From: Stellaceae bacterium
GTDB lineage: Bacteria; Pseudomonadota; Alphaproteobacteria; ATCC43930; CGMCC-115725
Length of the DNA: 64,000 nt
Direction of reading: 5' to 3'
NCBI GenBank assembly: GCA_036278835.1
Contig: DASUKH010000133.1
Location: 3,273 to 67,272, forward strand
The position numbers and the translations under genes are program-made. Numbering within the stretch: the stretch's first letter is position 1; the number at the start of each line of letters is the position of its first letter. The notes beneath the pieces were generated by a model that was not told where the DNA came from, ran no database searches, and saw nothing but the letters and a program-made list of their open reading frames with translations. Positions 37,671 through 47,011 of this stretch are shown in pieces.

Positions 37671-40132
37671 CGGGCGGGTTCCAGGGTCAGGGTCGCGACC
37701 GCGAGGGCGCGGCCGGGGGTGAGATAGTCGAATTTTTGCCAGCGTCCGACGAGGTCGGCGAAATGTGGCGACAACGGGTTTCCCGATTGGCCGGGCACGG
37801 TGATCATGCGTGATTCGGCCGGGGCGGCAAGATCGCTGATGATGCGCAGCCCGGCGCCGAATGTCTGATCGAACGGGTGCGCGTCGTCATGGATCGTCGT
37901 GGCGCCGCGATTGACCGTGTCGAAGCCGCCGCCGGCCGGCACCCTTATGTCAAACCAGTCGCGCAATACCGGGATGCGGCTCAGCACCGGGTTGGCGAAA
38001 ATGGCATGGTGGGCGCGCCGCCATTGCCACTGCGCGATATCGGAGCCGTAGGCTTTTTGCAATTCGGCAAGCGCCGCGTCGAGCGAATGGCGGAGCAGCG
38101 CGTCGCAGGCTGAGGCCCCCACCCTGCCCTCCCCCGCTTGCGGGGGAGAGTTCACTTGTTTTCCCTCCCCCGCAAGCGGGGGAGGGCCAGGGTGGGGGTG
38201 CCGGCACCATTCCGGGTGGCCGCTCAGCACCGCCGCGACGACCTGCGGGCGCAGGTCCCAATAACCCGAAGCCGCCGCTCCTAGCCGGCCGAAGAAGAGA
38301 TCGTGCGCGAAGGCACGCAGCCAGGCGATGAACAGGAGCGGCTCGACCCGGTCCCCGTCCATATGGAAGCCCCAATGCCGCAGCCGCTCGATGGCGGCGC
38401 GCTCGAAATCGTTGCCGGGAGCGATGCGGGTCATCAGCGGCACCAGCCGGCGCGCCGCCAGCGACACGGTATCGGCCTGGATCGCGGCGCTGGCGGCCGG
38501 CGACTGCCGCGGCGTCGCGGCGAGCCGCGCCAGGATGCGCTCGGCGCGGTTCGGCAGGTCCCAGTCGCGCGACAGGAAATAGGGATAGCTTTCGGGCACG
38601 ATCTTGTTGTTGGCGCTGACGAAATGGCCGCTCGGCGGGTTTGTCGCCTGGGGCAGGTCATCGAACGGGATGAACCCCGTCCAGTCGTATTCGCCGGTCC
38701 ACCCCGGCACCGGAAGCCAGGCGGTGCCGTTCTTGCGGATCGGCACCCGCGCCGCCGCGATGAACCCGATGGTGCCGCTCGTATCGGCGAAGACGGCGTT
38801 CTGCTGCGGCCCGACAAAGCCGCGCATCGCCTTGCGGAACCCCTCCCAGTCGGTTGCGCGGTCGATCTCCCACAGTGCTTCGGCGGTGCGGTCGTCGGGG
38901 GCGAGAAACGGCGCAGCGAGCGCCAGCACATAGCCCTTGTCGGCCGCGCCCGGCCCCAGCGCATCGGACAATACCGGCCCATGCCGGGTGCTGCGCACGG
39001 TCAGCCGCACCGGGGCGGCGCCGCGCACCTTGATGGTCTCGGTGCGGGTCTCGAACGGCGCGCTGCCGGTCGGGGTCAGGTAGCGGCCGGGATCGGCGGG
39101 GTCGATCTTCTCGACAAACAAATCCTCGACATCGCCGCCCGTCGTCGTAAAGCCCCAGGCGATCCTGTCGTTGTGGCCGATGACGACGAGCGGCACGCCG
39201 GGGGCGGTGGCGCCGGCGATCTCGCGCTGCGGCGTCTTCAGCCGGACGAGATACCACACCCCCGGCGCCGAAAACCCGAGATGCGGGTCGTTGGCGAGCA
39301 GCGGCTTGCCGCTCTCGCTGTGCGCGCCGTCCACCACCCAGTTGTTGGAGGCGTAGATCGGGCCGAGCACAGACAGCGGCGGCAGTTCGGCATGCAGCCG
39401 ATCGAGCGGCAGAAGGCGATAGAGGCGGGCCAGATCGGCCAGGGTGGTCGGCGCCCCCTTCGGGTAGCCGGGATAGAGGAAATGCAATTCGTCGGCAGAC
39501 AGGGTTCGGGCGAGGCGGGCGCGTTCCAACTCGCTGCGGTAATTGCCGGCGAGTTCGAGGTCCATCAATTTGCCCCAGACGAGGCTGTCGGCCGGGCGCC
39601 ATTTCTCGGGCGTGAAGCGCAGCAGCAGGAATTCGAGGGGCAGCGCACCGTGGCGCGTTGCGAGAAAAGCGTTCACCCCGGCGGCATAGGCCTCAAGACC
39701 GCGCCGCACCGGCGCCGAGAGATACGGGATTTCGGCTTCGGCGGCGCGGTAAAGGCCGAGCACCCGCATCTGCCGGTCGATCGGCAGGGCCTTTTGCCCG
39801 AATATTTCGGAGAGCCGGCCGGCGCCGTAGCGCCGCATCAATTCCATCTGGAACAGCCGGTCCTGGGCATGCGCGAAGCCGAGCCCGAACATCGCGTCCG
39901 CATCGTCGGCGGCGGTGATCAGCGGCACCCCGTCAGCGTCGCGCGCGATCGTCAACGGCGCCTTTAGCCCGGTGACGACGATCCGCCCGTCCACCTGCGG
40001 CAACGACGAGCGCAGATAGAGATACAAGCCGCCGGCTGCCGCCAGCAGCAGAACCGGAACCAAGACCGCAGCCCCAATCAGAACCCGTCGGATCACCTGG
40101 GCACCGCTGTCCCGGCGAAAGCCAGGACCCAC
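37667..40132 (-). CDS. penicillin acylase family (Ntn-hydrolase) protein, possibly an acyl-homoserine-lactone or beta-lactam acylase
   Basis: GFAHAQDRLFQME, ANDPHL, SNNWVV (Ser nucleophile at the start of the beta chain), QSGNPLSPH. The first 12 codons (MGPGFRRDSGAQ) derive from repeat 40107-40185, so the GTG at 40096 is a likely real start. Confidence 0.85.
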   Translation of the reverse strand: MGPGFRRDSGAQVIRRVLIGAAVLVPVLLLAAAGGLYLYLRSSLPQVDGRIVVTGLKAPLTIARDADGVPLITAADDADAMFGLGFAHAQDRLFQMELMRRYGAGRLSEIFGQKALPIDRQMRVLGLYRAAEAEIPYLSAPVRRGLEAYAAGVNAFLATRHGALPLEFLLLRFTPEKWRPADSLVWGKLMDLELAGNYRSELERARLARTLSADELHFLYPGYPKGAPTTLADLARLYRLLPLDRLHAELPPLSVLGPIYASNNWVVDGAHSESGKPLLANDPHLGFSAPGVWYLVRLKTPQREIAGATAPGVPLVVIGHNDRIAWGFTTTGGDVEDLFVEKIDPADPGRYLTPTGSAPFETRTETIKVRGAAPVRLTVRSTRHGPVLSDALGPGAADKGYVLALAAPFLAPDDRTAEALWEIDRATDWEGFRKAMRGFVGPQQNAVFADTSGTIGFIAAARVPIRKNGTAWLPVPGWTGEYDWTGFIPFDDLPQATNPPSGHFVSANNKIVPESYPYFLSRDWDLPNRAERILARLAATPRQSPAASAAIQADTVSLAARRLVPLMTRIAPGNDFERAAIERLRHWGFHMDGDRVEPLLFIAWLRAFAHDLFFGRLGAAASGYWDLRPQVVAAVLSGHPEWCRHPHPGPPPLAGEGKQVNSPPQAGEGRVGASACDALLRHSLDAALAELQKAYGSDIAQWQWRRAHHAIFANPVLSRIPVLRDWFDIRVPAGGGFDTVNRGATTIHDDAHPFDQTFGAGLRIISDLAAPAESRMITVPGQSGNPLSPHFADLVGRWQKFDYLTPGRALAVATLTLEPAR
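38116..38198. repeat. 83-bp compound palindromic element inside the acylase gene
   Basis: Two hairpins, CTCCCCCGCTTGCGGGGGAG and CCCTCCCCCGCAAGCGGGGGAGGG, nested in an outer inverted repeat CCCCCACCCTG.../...CAGGGTGGGGG. Read in frame as HPHPGPPPLAGEGKQVNSPPQAGEGRVGAS. Confidence 0.85.
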
Positions 40133-40185
40133 TCTTCAACGCCGAGGCGAGCGCATCGGTAGACCCCGGCTTTCGCCGGGGATGC
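40107..40185. repeat. palindromic element of the CCCGGCGAAAGCC family overlapping the acylase 5' end
   Basis: Arms CTGTCCCGGCGAAAGCCAGGACCCA (40107-31) and AGACCCCGGCTTTCGCCGGGGATGC (40161-85). Confidence 0.8.
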
Positions 40186-40218
40186 GGGCAAAAACGGTGC
40201 CTCGGGCAAGGTGCGGAA

Positions 40219-41370
40219 CTACAGCCCCAGTTCGCGCAGGATGCGCTCGCGGTCGGCGTCGAGGTCTGGCGCGGGCGCGCGGGTCGGCGGGTCGGGGAAG
40301 GCAGACAGCTTCATCGGGTTGCCGGACAGGCGCAGCTTCCCGGTGACCGGGTCGTCCACCTCGACCAGCATGTTGCGGGCGGCGACCTGCGGGTGCGCGG
40401 TGGCCTGCGCGACATTGTTGACCGGCCCGCACGGGATGCCGGCTTTTTCGAGGACAGCGATCCAGTGCTCGGTGGTGCCGTTATGCAACACCGCATCGAT
40501 CTCGGCCTTCAGCGCCGGCTGGTGCTGGTTGCGCAGTGCGTTGGTTTTGAACAGCGGGTTTTGCGCGAGGTCGGGCCGGCGCAATGCCTCGGTAAGTTTG
40601 ACGAAGAGACCGTCATTGCCGGCGGCGATGATGATGTGGCCGTCCTGGGTCGGAAACGCCTCGAACGGCGTGATCGACGGGTGGCGCGCGCCCATCGGGC
40701 CGGGTATCTCGCCGGTCGTCGTATAGCGCATGACCGCGTTTTCGAGGAGCGCAAGCTGGCAGTCGAACAGCGCAACATCGACCTTGGTGGCCTCGCCGGT
40801 GCGCTCGCGGTGCAACAGCGCGGCATTGAGCGCGATCGCGGTGTAAAGCCCGCCGGAAAGGTCGCCGACCGAGGCGCCGACCCGCACCAAGGGACCGTCG
40901 GGGATGCCGGTGATGCTCATGATGCCGCCCAGCCCCTGCACGACCATGTCGTAGGAGGGGTAGTGCGAATAAGGGCCGGTATGGCCGAACCCCGAGGCCG
41001 CGGCATAGACGAGGCGAGGATACCGCGCGTGCAGCGCATCCCAGCCGTAGCCGAGCTTTTCCATCGTGCCGGGCCGGAAGTTCTCGACCAGCGCATCGCC
41101 CTTATCAAGCAGGCGCTCGAAGATGTCGCGGTCGGCCGGCGCCTTCAGGTCGAGGACGATCGACTCCTTGCCGCGGTTGACGCTCGCGAAATAGGTCGAT
41201 TTGCCGCCCTTGAAGGGGCCGTAATGGCGCGCGTCGTCGCCGGTCTTCGGCGCTTCGACCTTGATGACCCGCGCCCCCAGCTCGGCCATCAACAGCGTGC
41301 AATAGGGCCCCGCCAGGATGCGGGACAAATCGATGATCGTGATGCCGGCGAGCGGCCCGGCCTGTGGCAT
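40219..41370 (-). CDS. CoA-transferase family III (CaiB/BaiF-like)
   Basis: PLAGITIIDLSRILAGPYCT, VIKVE, NRGKESI, ENFRPG motifs. Confidence 0.88.
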   Translation of the reverse strand: MPQAGPLAGITIIDLSRILAGPYCTLLMAELGARVIKVEAPKTGDDARHYGPFKGGKSTYFASVNRGKESIVLDLKAPADRDIFERLLDKGDALVENFRPGTMEKLGYGWDALHARYPRLVYAAASGFGHTGPYSHYPSYDMVVQGLGGIMSITGIPDGPLVRVGASVGDLSGGLYTAIALNAALLHRERTGEATKVDVALFDCQLALLENAVMRYTTTGEIPGPMGARHPSITPFEAFPTQDGHIIIAAGNDGLFVKLTEALRRPDLAQNPLFKTNALRNQHQPALKAEIDAVLHNGTTEHWIAVLEKAGIPCGPVNNVAQATAHPQVAARNMLVEVDDPVTGKLRLSGNPMKLSAFPDPPTRAPAPDLDADRERILRELGL

Positions 41371-41514
41371 GGCGTCTGATCCTTTCGTGTCCGTCGGTCA
41401 ATAGCGCAAGCCGGGGCGGCACCGCAATCGACCCGCGCCGGCGCCGCCCTTTCCCTGCCGGAGCGGTTATGGGAATGTGGCGGCATTACGCAGGGGAGCG
41501 GACCCGAGGCATCG

Positions 41515-42195
41515 ATGGGGCGGGAGAGCCGTATTGAACCGCCGGCCATGGCCGACATCCGGCGGCTGATTTCGGGGATAAAGAAGCTGCGCCGCGAGGC
41601 TCAGACCCTGCGGCTGCGGTGCTGGCAGGGCGAAGATCGCATTGCCGAACTCGAAGCGGCCTTGCGCGAGGCGGAAGCGGCCCGGCAGGGGTCGCTCGAT
41701 CGTCTGCGGGAGCTGGAGGGGGAGATCGCGGCGCTGCGCTGCTTCGCCGGCGGCTCGCCATTGGCGTGCGGCTTTCGGCCGGGCGAGGGCGCGATACTTG
41801 CCGGGGGTGCGGTGCGGCGAGCGAAAGCCGCGCCGAGCGGGACGATGATCTTTGGCCCGTATATCCGACTATCGCCGGGTCGATATGTCGTCACGCTGAG
41901 GGCCCGCCTCTACGAGCCGGCGGCCGCCGGCGCATCCTTCACCGTCGATGCGGTTTATGGCTGCGGGCAACGCGTTATCGCGGTGCGGCATTTCCGGGCC
42001 TGGCCGCTATTGCCCGCCCGGACCTGCCGGTTGGCGTTCAGGACGACCGAAGAGATTAACGATTTCGAGACCCGCGTCTGGGCCCGCGCCGGTACGCCGC
42101 TCGAAATCTCCCGCATCGCGCTGCACCCGATCGGCGCCGCCACGGCTTTTTCGACGCTCGGCGCGCCGGCCGCGCCGGCCGATGCGATGGCCTGA
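41515..42195 (+). CDS. hypothetical protein with an N-terminal coiled coil
   Basis: Heptad-like LRREAQTLRLRCWQGEDRIAELEAALREAEAARQGSLDRLRELEGEIAALR, then a C-terminal domain of about 130 aa with no motif I recognise. Ends 16 nt before the MT-GT2-GT4 gene. Start uncertain (41515 or 41548). Confidence 0.5.
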   Translation: MGRESRIEPPAMADIRRLISGIKKLRREAQTLRLRCWQGEDRIAELEAALREAEAARQGSLDRLRELEGEIAALRCFAGGSPLACGFRPGEGAILAGGAVRRAKAAPSGTMIFGPYIRLSPGRYVVTLRARLYEPAAAGASFTVDAVYGCGQRVIAVRHFRAWPLLPARTCRLAFRTTEEINDFETRVWARAGTPLEISRIALHPIGAATAFSTLGAPAAPADAMA

Positions 42196-42211
42196 CCGGC
42201 ATTGGACATCC

Positions 42212-45200
42212 ATGAACAGCAGCATTCTTGGCGCGATCGACCTGGCGAGCGAATTTCAAACGATCAGACAACGCGGGTTCCGCCACCTGACCGAGCTTTG
42301 CGATCTGATGGCGTCGCAAGGAAGCGACAAAGGCGGCCCGCATCATAATTACACGATCGTGTATGACGGGCTGTTCGGCAGGTTCCGCGACAAGGCGCTG
42401 ACGATATTCGAACTGGGGCTGGGGACGAACAAGGCCGGCGCCCCATCGTCGATGGGAACAAAGGGCAGGCCCGGCGCATCGCTGCGCGGCTGGCGCGCCT
42501 ACTTCCCGGCCGCGCGAATTTACGGAGCCGATATCGACCGCGATATCCTCTTCGCCGAAGAGCGCATCGAGACCTTCTGGACCGACCAGACAAACCCGGC
42601 CGCCATTCGCGGCATGTGGGATGAGATCGGCGATGTCGGCCTGGATATCATTATCGACGATGGCCTCCATGAGGCATCCGCCAACATCGCCTTCCTGATC
42701 GAATCGTTCCGCAGGCTGAAGCCGGGCGGGATTTACGTCATAGAGGACCTCAGGCCGCCGGATACCCCGGTGATACGCGGCATCGCGGAGTGCCTGTCGT
42801 TTGCCTGCGACTGCGTCGTCGTCGAAGCGTTGCCGCATCGCTCAAACGATTGGGATAATCGGCTGGCGATCTTTCAAAAGGCAGAAAACGCTCGAACCCC
42901 CGATCCTGAGCAGATTCTGGCCGGGATTACCGGTATCTGTGAAGGGTTGCGCCAAAAACTCCGCGCGCCCTTGAATGAATACGAGGGTCTGACACGCGGC
43001 TTTGAGGAGGCGCAGCGCTGGGTTCTGGGAGAGTTGGACGCCCTCGATCCAACCCTCGCGCAAGGGATCGCGGCATCGCCAAGCGATCCGATTGTTGACA
43101 ACAACGGCGGCACCGCCTCGACCGAGCGCGCAAGGCAGCTTGATTCTGCCGATGGCGCAGCGCTCGCCCGGTTGTTCGATGCGATCAACCGCGCCAACAA
43201 GCTGGGGATGGCCTTTCACGACCAGGCGGCGCGGCTGCTTGACGATCGCCGTCGGTTGCAGCGCGCCTATGATGAAGCGGTTGTCGGGCGCGACCGGGCG
43301 CTGCGGCGGACCGGCGAGCCGGACCGGCAAAGCGCAGAGGAGACGCCGGGGCCGCTCGTCAGCATTGTCCTGCCGGTCTTCAACCACGCCTATCTGGTCG
43401 AGGAGGCGATCGCCGCCGTCCGGGCGCAGACCTACAGGAACTGGGAGCTGATCGTCGTCGATGACGGTTCAACCGACGATCTGGAAGGGAGAGTGCGGCG
43501 CCATTCCGACGACCGCCGCATCCTGTTTCTGCGCCAGCCCAACCAGAAACTGCCGGCGGCGCTCAACCACGGTTTTGCCTGGGCGCGCGGCAATCTCCTG
43601 ACCTGGACGTCGGCCGACAACGTGATGCTGCCGAACCAGATCGAGCGGCTTGCGGCGGAGCTGATGGCGCACCCCGAGGCGGGTCTCGTCTTCAGCGATT
43701 ATTGGGCGATAGACGAGGACGGCGCGCCATACGAAGACCCGAAATGGCGGCCGCATAACCGTGCCGTCGACAACCCCGGCCTGATCCAACTGCCGGACCG
43801 GGTTACGGTCGAGAATTTTCACCGCAGCGCCGACAATTTCATAGGCGCCAGCTTTCTCTACCGCCGCACCGTCGCCGAGCTGATCGGCCCTTATGCCGAT
43901 GACGCGTTCGGCGGCGAGGATTACGATTTCTGGCTGCGGCTCCACCTCGCGACATCGTTCCGCCACGTCGCCGAACCGCTTTACAGAAACCGCGTGCACC
44001 CCGACACGCTGAACGCGCGCGCCGTCGAGCTTGGTTTGCTCGACAATATCCGGGAGGTGCTCGCGGCCGATCGCTGGCGCCTCGACACGCTGCTGTCCGA
44101 GGGCGATCTCCTCGCAGCGGACGGAGCATTGCGCCCGACCGCGCAGTTTCGAGCCGCGATCCTGAAGCGCTGCCGTCCGGTTTCCTACAGGAGCTTGGTC
44201 GAAAGCGGCGATTGCCAACATCGCGAGCGGCCGCTGGTCGTCGATATCGACGTGCCGCCACGGCTCGCCGACGGCCCGCTGCTGGACGACGCCGCGGTGC
44301 TGCTATGCCGCTCGCCGCTTGCCGCCGCACTGATACGGCAGCAGGACTGGGCGCGCACCAAGCGGGTGCTGGTGTGGCGGGGCGAGGTCGATGCGGCCGT
44401 GCAGCACGCCTTTGTCCAGGCCTTCGCTGAGGGCGCCGCGGTACCGGCGCCGGCGAGCGTGCTGCCGCGGATCGATGCGGCGTTCCGCCCGTCGCGGATC
44501 CTGCTGATGGTCGATCGCTGGTCGTCCGGCGGACTCGAAAACCTGGTTGTCGATCTCGCGCTGGCGCTGGCGGCGGAGGGCTGCACGGTGACGCTCGCCG
44601 CCGCGGAGGACGTGACGCCGCCCGCCGCGCCGGCGCTCGCCGGGTCGCCAGTGCGCACCCTCGCCTTCGCCGGCGATGAAACCGCCTTCGCGGATTTTGT
44701 GCGGCGCCAGGAGATCGAGGTCGTCAACTATCATCACAGCCGCTTCGCCGCGGCGCAGGCGCGTCGGTTCGGCGCAGCGACCATCTACACGATGCATAAT
44801 TGCTATCTGTGGATGAATGCGGCGCAGCGGCGGCAGCTGGCGGCCGATCTTGCGTCGATGGACCTCGTCAACGCAGTATCGCGGCAGGTCGCGCAATTCG
44901 CGGCGGCGCAGTTCGGGGTGACGCCGGAGCGGCTGGTCGTCGTGCCGAACGGGCTTGGCGAGGAGATGCTGTCGCAGCCGCGCAGCCGGCCGGACTGCGC
45001 CCCCGGCATGCCGTTCACGATCGCGGTCGTCGCCTCGCTGGTCGGCCACAAGCTTCAGCACGTCGCGATCGCCGCGTTCGAGGAGGCGGCGCGCGACGAC
45101 CCCGATCTGCGCCTCATGCTGATCGGCGCCGGCTTCGCCCCTGATTACCGAACCCGCGTGGAAACCCTGATCGCGGCCTCGCCGCTGCGCGAGCGCATCG

Positions 45201-45658
45201 AGCTGACTGTCGGGCTGACGCGCGCAGAGGCGGTCGCGCGCCTCGCGGCGGCGCAGGTCTTCCTGCTTCCGTCGCTCCTCGAGGGGTGCAGCATGGCACT
45301 GCTCGAAGCGGCGGCTGCGGGGTGCGTGTGCGTCGCCGCCGATGTCGGCAATGCCCGCGACCTGTCGGTGCCGGGCGGTTCGGTCGTGTTGGTTCCCTCG
45401 CCGCTCGGCGAGCTCGACGATGTTTCGGATGCCGCGTTCTTTGCGGCGGCCGATGCCGAGCTGCCCGAGCACCGCGCCAACATGGCCGCGGCCCTCAGGC
45501 TGGTTCGGCGGGAGTACAAGGGGCTTGCCGACGGGGCGACGCGGACCCGCGCGGTCCTGTTGGAACGGCACCGGCTGGAACGGATGACCCGGTCCTATCT
45601 CGAGGCCTACACGATGACCCGCCGCGGCGGCGGCACCGGCCTCGGGCGCCCGGCCTGA
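42212..45658 (+). CDS. multidomain glycan-synthesis protein: SAM-dependent (sugar O-)methyltransferase, coiled-coil spacer, GT2 and GT4 domains
   Basis: MT: IFELGLGTN..GASLRGWRAYFPAARIYGADID..LDIIIDDGLHE..LKPGGIYVIEDL. GT2: VSIVLPVFNHAYLVEEAIAAVRAQTYRNWELIVVDDGSTDD. GT4: VPNGL, LLPSLLEGCSMALLEAAAAGCVCVAADVGN. ATG at 42212 confirmed; the upstream part of the track ORF is out-of-context Arg/Pro noise. Confidence 0.8.
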   Translation: MNSSILGAIDLASEFQTIRQRGFRHLTELCDLMASQGSDKGGPHHNYTIVYDGLFGRFRDKALTIFELGLGTNKAGAPSSMGTKGRPGASLRGWRAYFPAARIYGADIDRDILFAEERIETFWTDQTNPAAIRGMWDEIGDVGLDIIIDDGLHEASANIAFLIESFRRLKPGGIYVIEDLRPPDTPVIRGIAECLSFACDCVVVEALPHRSNDWDNRLAIFQKAENARTPDPEQILAGITGICEGLRQKLRAPLNEYEGLTRGFEEAQRWVLGELDALDPTLAQGIAASPSDPIVDNNGGTASTERARQLDSADGAALARLFDAINRANKLGMAFHDQAARLLDDRRRLQRAYDEAVVGRDRALRRTGEPDRQSAEETPGPLVSIVLPVFNHAYLVEEAIAAVRAQTYRNWELIVVDDGSTDDLEGRVRRHSDDRRILFLRQPNQKLPAALNHGFAWARGNLLTWTSADNVMLPNQIERLAAELMAHPEAGLVFSDYWAIDEDGAPYEDPKWRPHNRAVDNPGLIQLPDRVTVENFHRSADNFIGASFLYRRTVAELIGPYADDAFGGEDYDFWLRLHLATSFRHVAEPLYRNRVHPDTLNARAVELGLLDNIREVLAADRWRLDTLLSEGDLLAADGALRPTAQFRAAILKRCRPVSYRSLVESGDCQHRERPLVVDIDVPPRLADGPLLDDAAVLLCRSPLAAALIRQQDWARTKRVLVWRGEVDAAVQHAFVQAFAEGAAVPAPASVLPRIDAAFRPSRILLMVDRWSSGGLENLVVDLALALAAEGCTVTLAAAEDVTPPAAPALAGSPVRTLAFAGDETAFADFVRRQEIEVVNYHHSRFAAAQARRFGAATIYTMHNCYLWMNAAQRRQLAADLASMDLVNAVSRQVAQFAAAQFGVTPERLVVVPNGLGEEMLSQPRSRPDCAPGMPFTIAVVASLVGHKLQHVAIAAFEEAARDDPDLRLMLIGAGFAPDYRTRVETLIAASPLRERIELTVGLTRAEAVARLAAAQVFLLPSLLEGCSMALLEAAAAGCVCVAADVGNARDLSVPGGSVVLVPSPLGELDDVSDAAFFAAADAELPEHRANMAAALRLVRREYKGLADGATRTRAVLLERHRLERMTRSYLEAYTMTRRGGGTGLGRPA

Positions 45659-45664
45659 CGGTTG

Positions 45665-46495
45665 CTATTCGCCCGCGGTCGGGTTGCCGCCGGCCAGTTC
45701 GGCCTCTTCCTCGGCCTCGCGTTTCGCGCGCGCCTTCTCGACCATGCGGCACGAGATGATCGATCCCTCGTAGAGCACGACCAGCGGCACCGCGAGGCAG
45801 GTCTGGCTGACGAGGTCGGGCGGGGTCAGCACTGCGGCGAGCGCGAACATACCGACGATCGCATAGCGCCGCTTCGACGCAAGGCCGGCGGACGTGATCA
45901 GACCGGCGCGCGCCAACAGGGTCAGCAATACCGGCAGCTGAAAGGCGACCCCGAACGCGAACAACAGGGTCATCACCAGCGACAAATACTCGTTGACCTT
46001 GGGCTCCGAGACGATCGGCAGCATGCCGGGGCCGCCCGGCGTCTCGAAGCTGAGGAAAAACCGGAAGGCGAAGGGGATCACCACAAAATAGGCGAGCGAA
46101 GCCCCCATCAGGAACAGCACCGGGGTCGCCGCCAGATAGGGCCGGAAGGCGCGTCGCTCGGTCTTGTAGAGGCCCGGCGCGACAAACTTCCAGATCTGCA
46201 CCGCGATGACCGGGAACGACAGGCACACCGCCGCCCAGAACGATACTTTGATGTAGGTGAAAAAGGCCTCGGTCAGCCCGGTATAGATCATCTTGCTGCC
46301 GGGCTGGCCCGCCATGATCACGTAGAGCGGGTGCGCCAAGAACTGGTAGATCCGCTCCTTGAACTGGTAGCAGACCAGAAACGCCACGATTACCGTGCCG
46401 AACGACCACATCAGCCGGTTGCGCAGCTCGATCAGATGCTGCAGCAGCGGCATCCGGCCGGCTTCGAGTTCGTCGTTCTCGGCGGCGTCGGACAT
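45665..46495 (-). CDS. tatC: twin-arginine translocase subunit TatC
   Basis: MPLLQHLIELRNRL, six predicted TM segments, LTPPDLVSQ. Confidence 0.93.
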   Translation of the reverse strand: MSDAAENDELEAGRMPLLQHLIELRNRLMWSFGTVIVAFLVCYQFKERIYQFLAHPLYVIMAGQPGSKMIYTGLTEAFFTYIKVSFWAAVCLSFPVIAVQIWKFVAPGLYKTERRAFRPYLAATPVLFLMGASLAYFVVIPFAFRFFLSFETPGGPGMLPIVSEPKVNEYLSLVMTLLFAFGVAFQLPVLLTLLARAGLITSAGLASKRRYAIVGMFALAAVLTPPDLVSQTCLAVPLVVLYEGSIISCRMVEKARAKREAEEEAELAGGNPTAGE

Positions 46496-46501
46496 GGCCG
46501 C

Positions 46502-47011
46502 TTACAATTTTGCCGGCAGGGGTTGGGCGACGGGAATACCCGTTTCGGGTGCGCCCTCGATCGCCTCGACCCGCGGCATCGCCGGCTCGGCCGTGCCCTC
46601 GACGGGCACGGTTTCCGGTGCGGCGGGAACGGCCGAGGCCGCCGCAACCTCCATCTCGGCCGCGGTTTGCGGCGCGGCGATCGCCGCCGTTTCGGTCTTC
46701 TCGGTAAAATAATCGGGCAGATCGGGCGGCTTGATGCTCTCGGCCAGCGAGCCGTCAGGATCGACCGTTTTCTGGACTTCGTGGCCGATGTCGAACTCGG
46801 TCGCCTTCTTCAGATCGCGCCGGATATCGTCGAGCTCGGCCTCGCGGATCATCTGGTCAATGCTGTTCTGGAACTCGCGCGACATGTTGCGCGCCTTGCG
46901 CACCCAGTAACCGGCGATGCGCAGCGCGCGCGGCAAATCCTTGGGGCCGATCACGACCAGCGCGACGACCCCGATCAGCATCAATTCGGGCCAGCCAACG
47001 TCAAAAAACAT
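46502..47011 (-). CDS. tatB: twin-arginine translocase subunit TatB
   Basis: MFDVGWPELMLIGVVALVVIGPKDLPRALRIAGYWVRKAR. ATG at 47011 confirmed. Confidence 0.88.
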   Translation of the reverse strand: MFFDVGWPELMLIGVVALVVIGPKDLPRALRIAGYWVRKARNMSREFQNSIDQMIREAELDDIRRDLKKATEFDIGHEVQKTVDPDGSLAESIKPPDLPDYFTEKTETAAIAAPQTAAEMEVAAASAVPAAPETVPVEGTAEPAMPRVEAIEGAPETGIPVAQPLPAKL

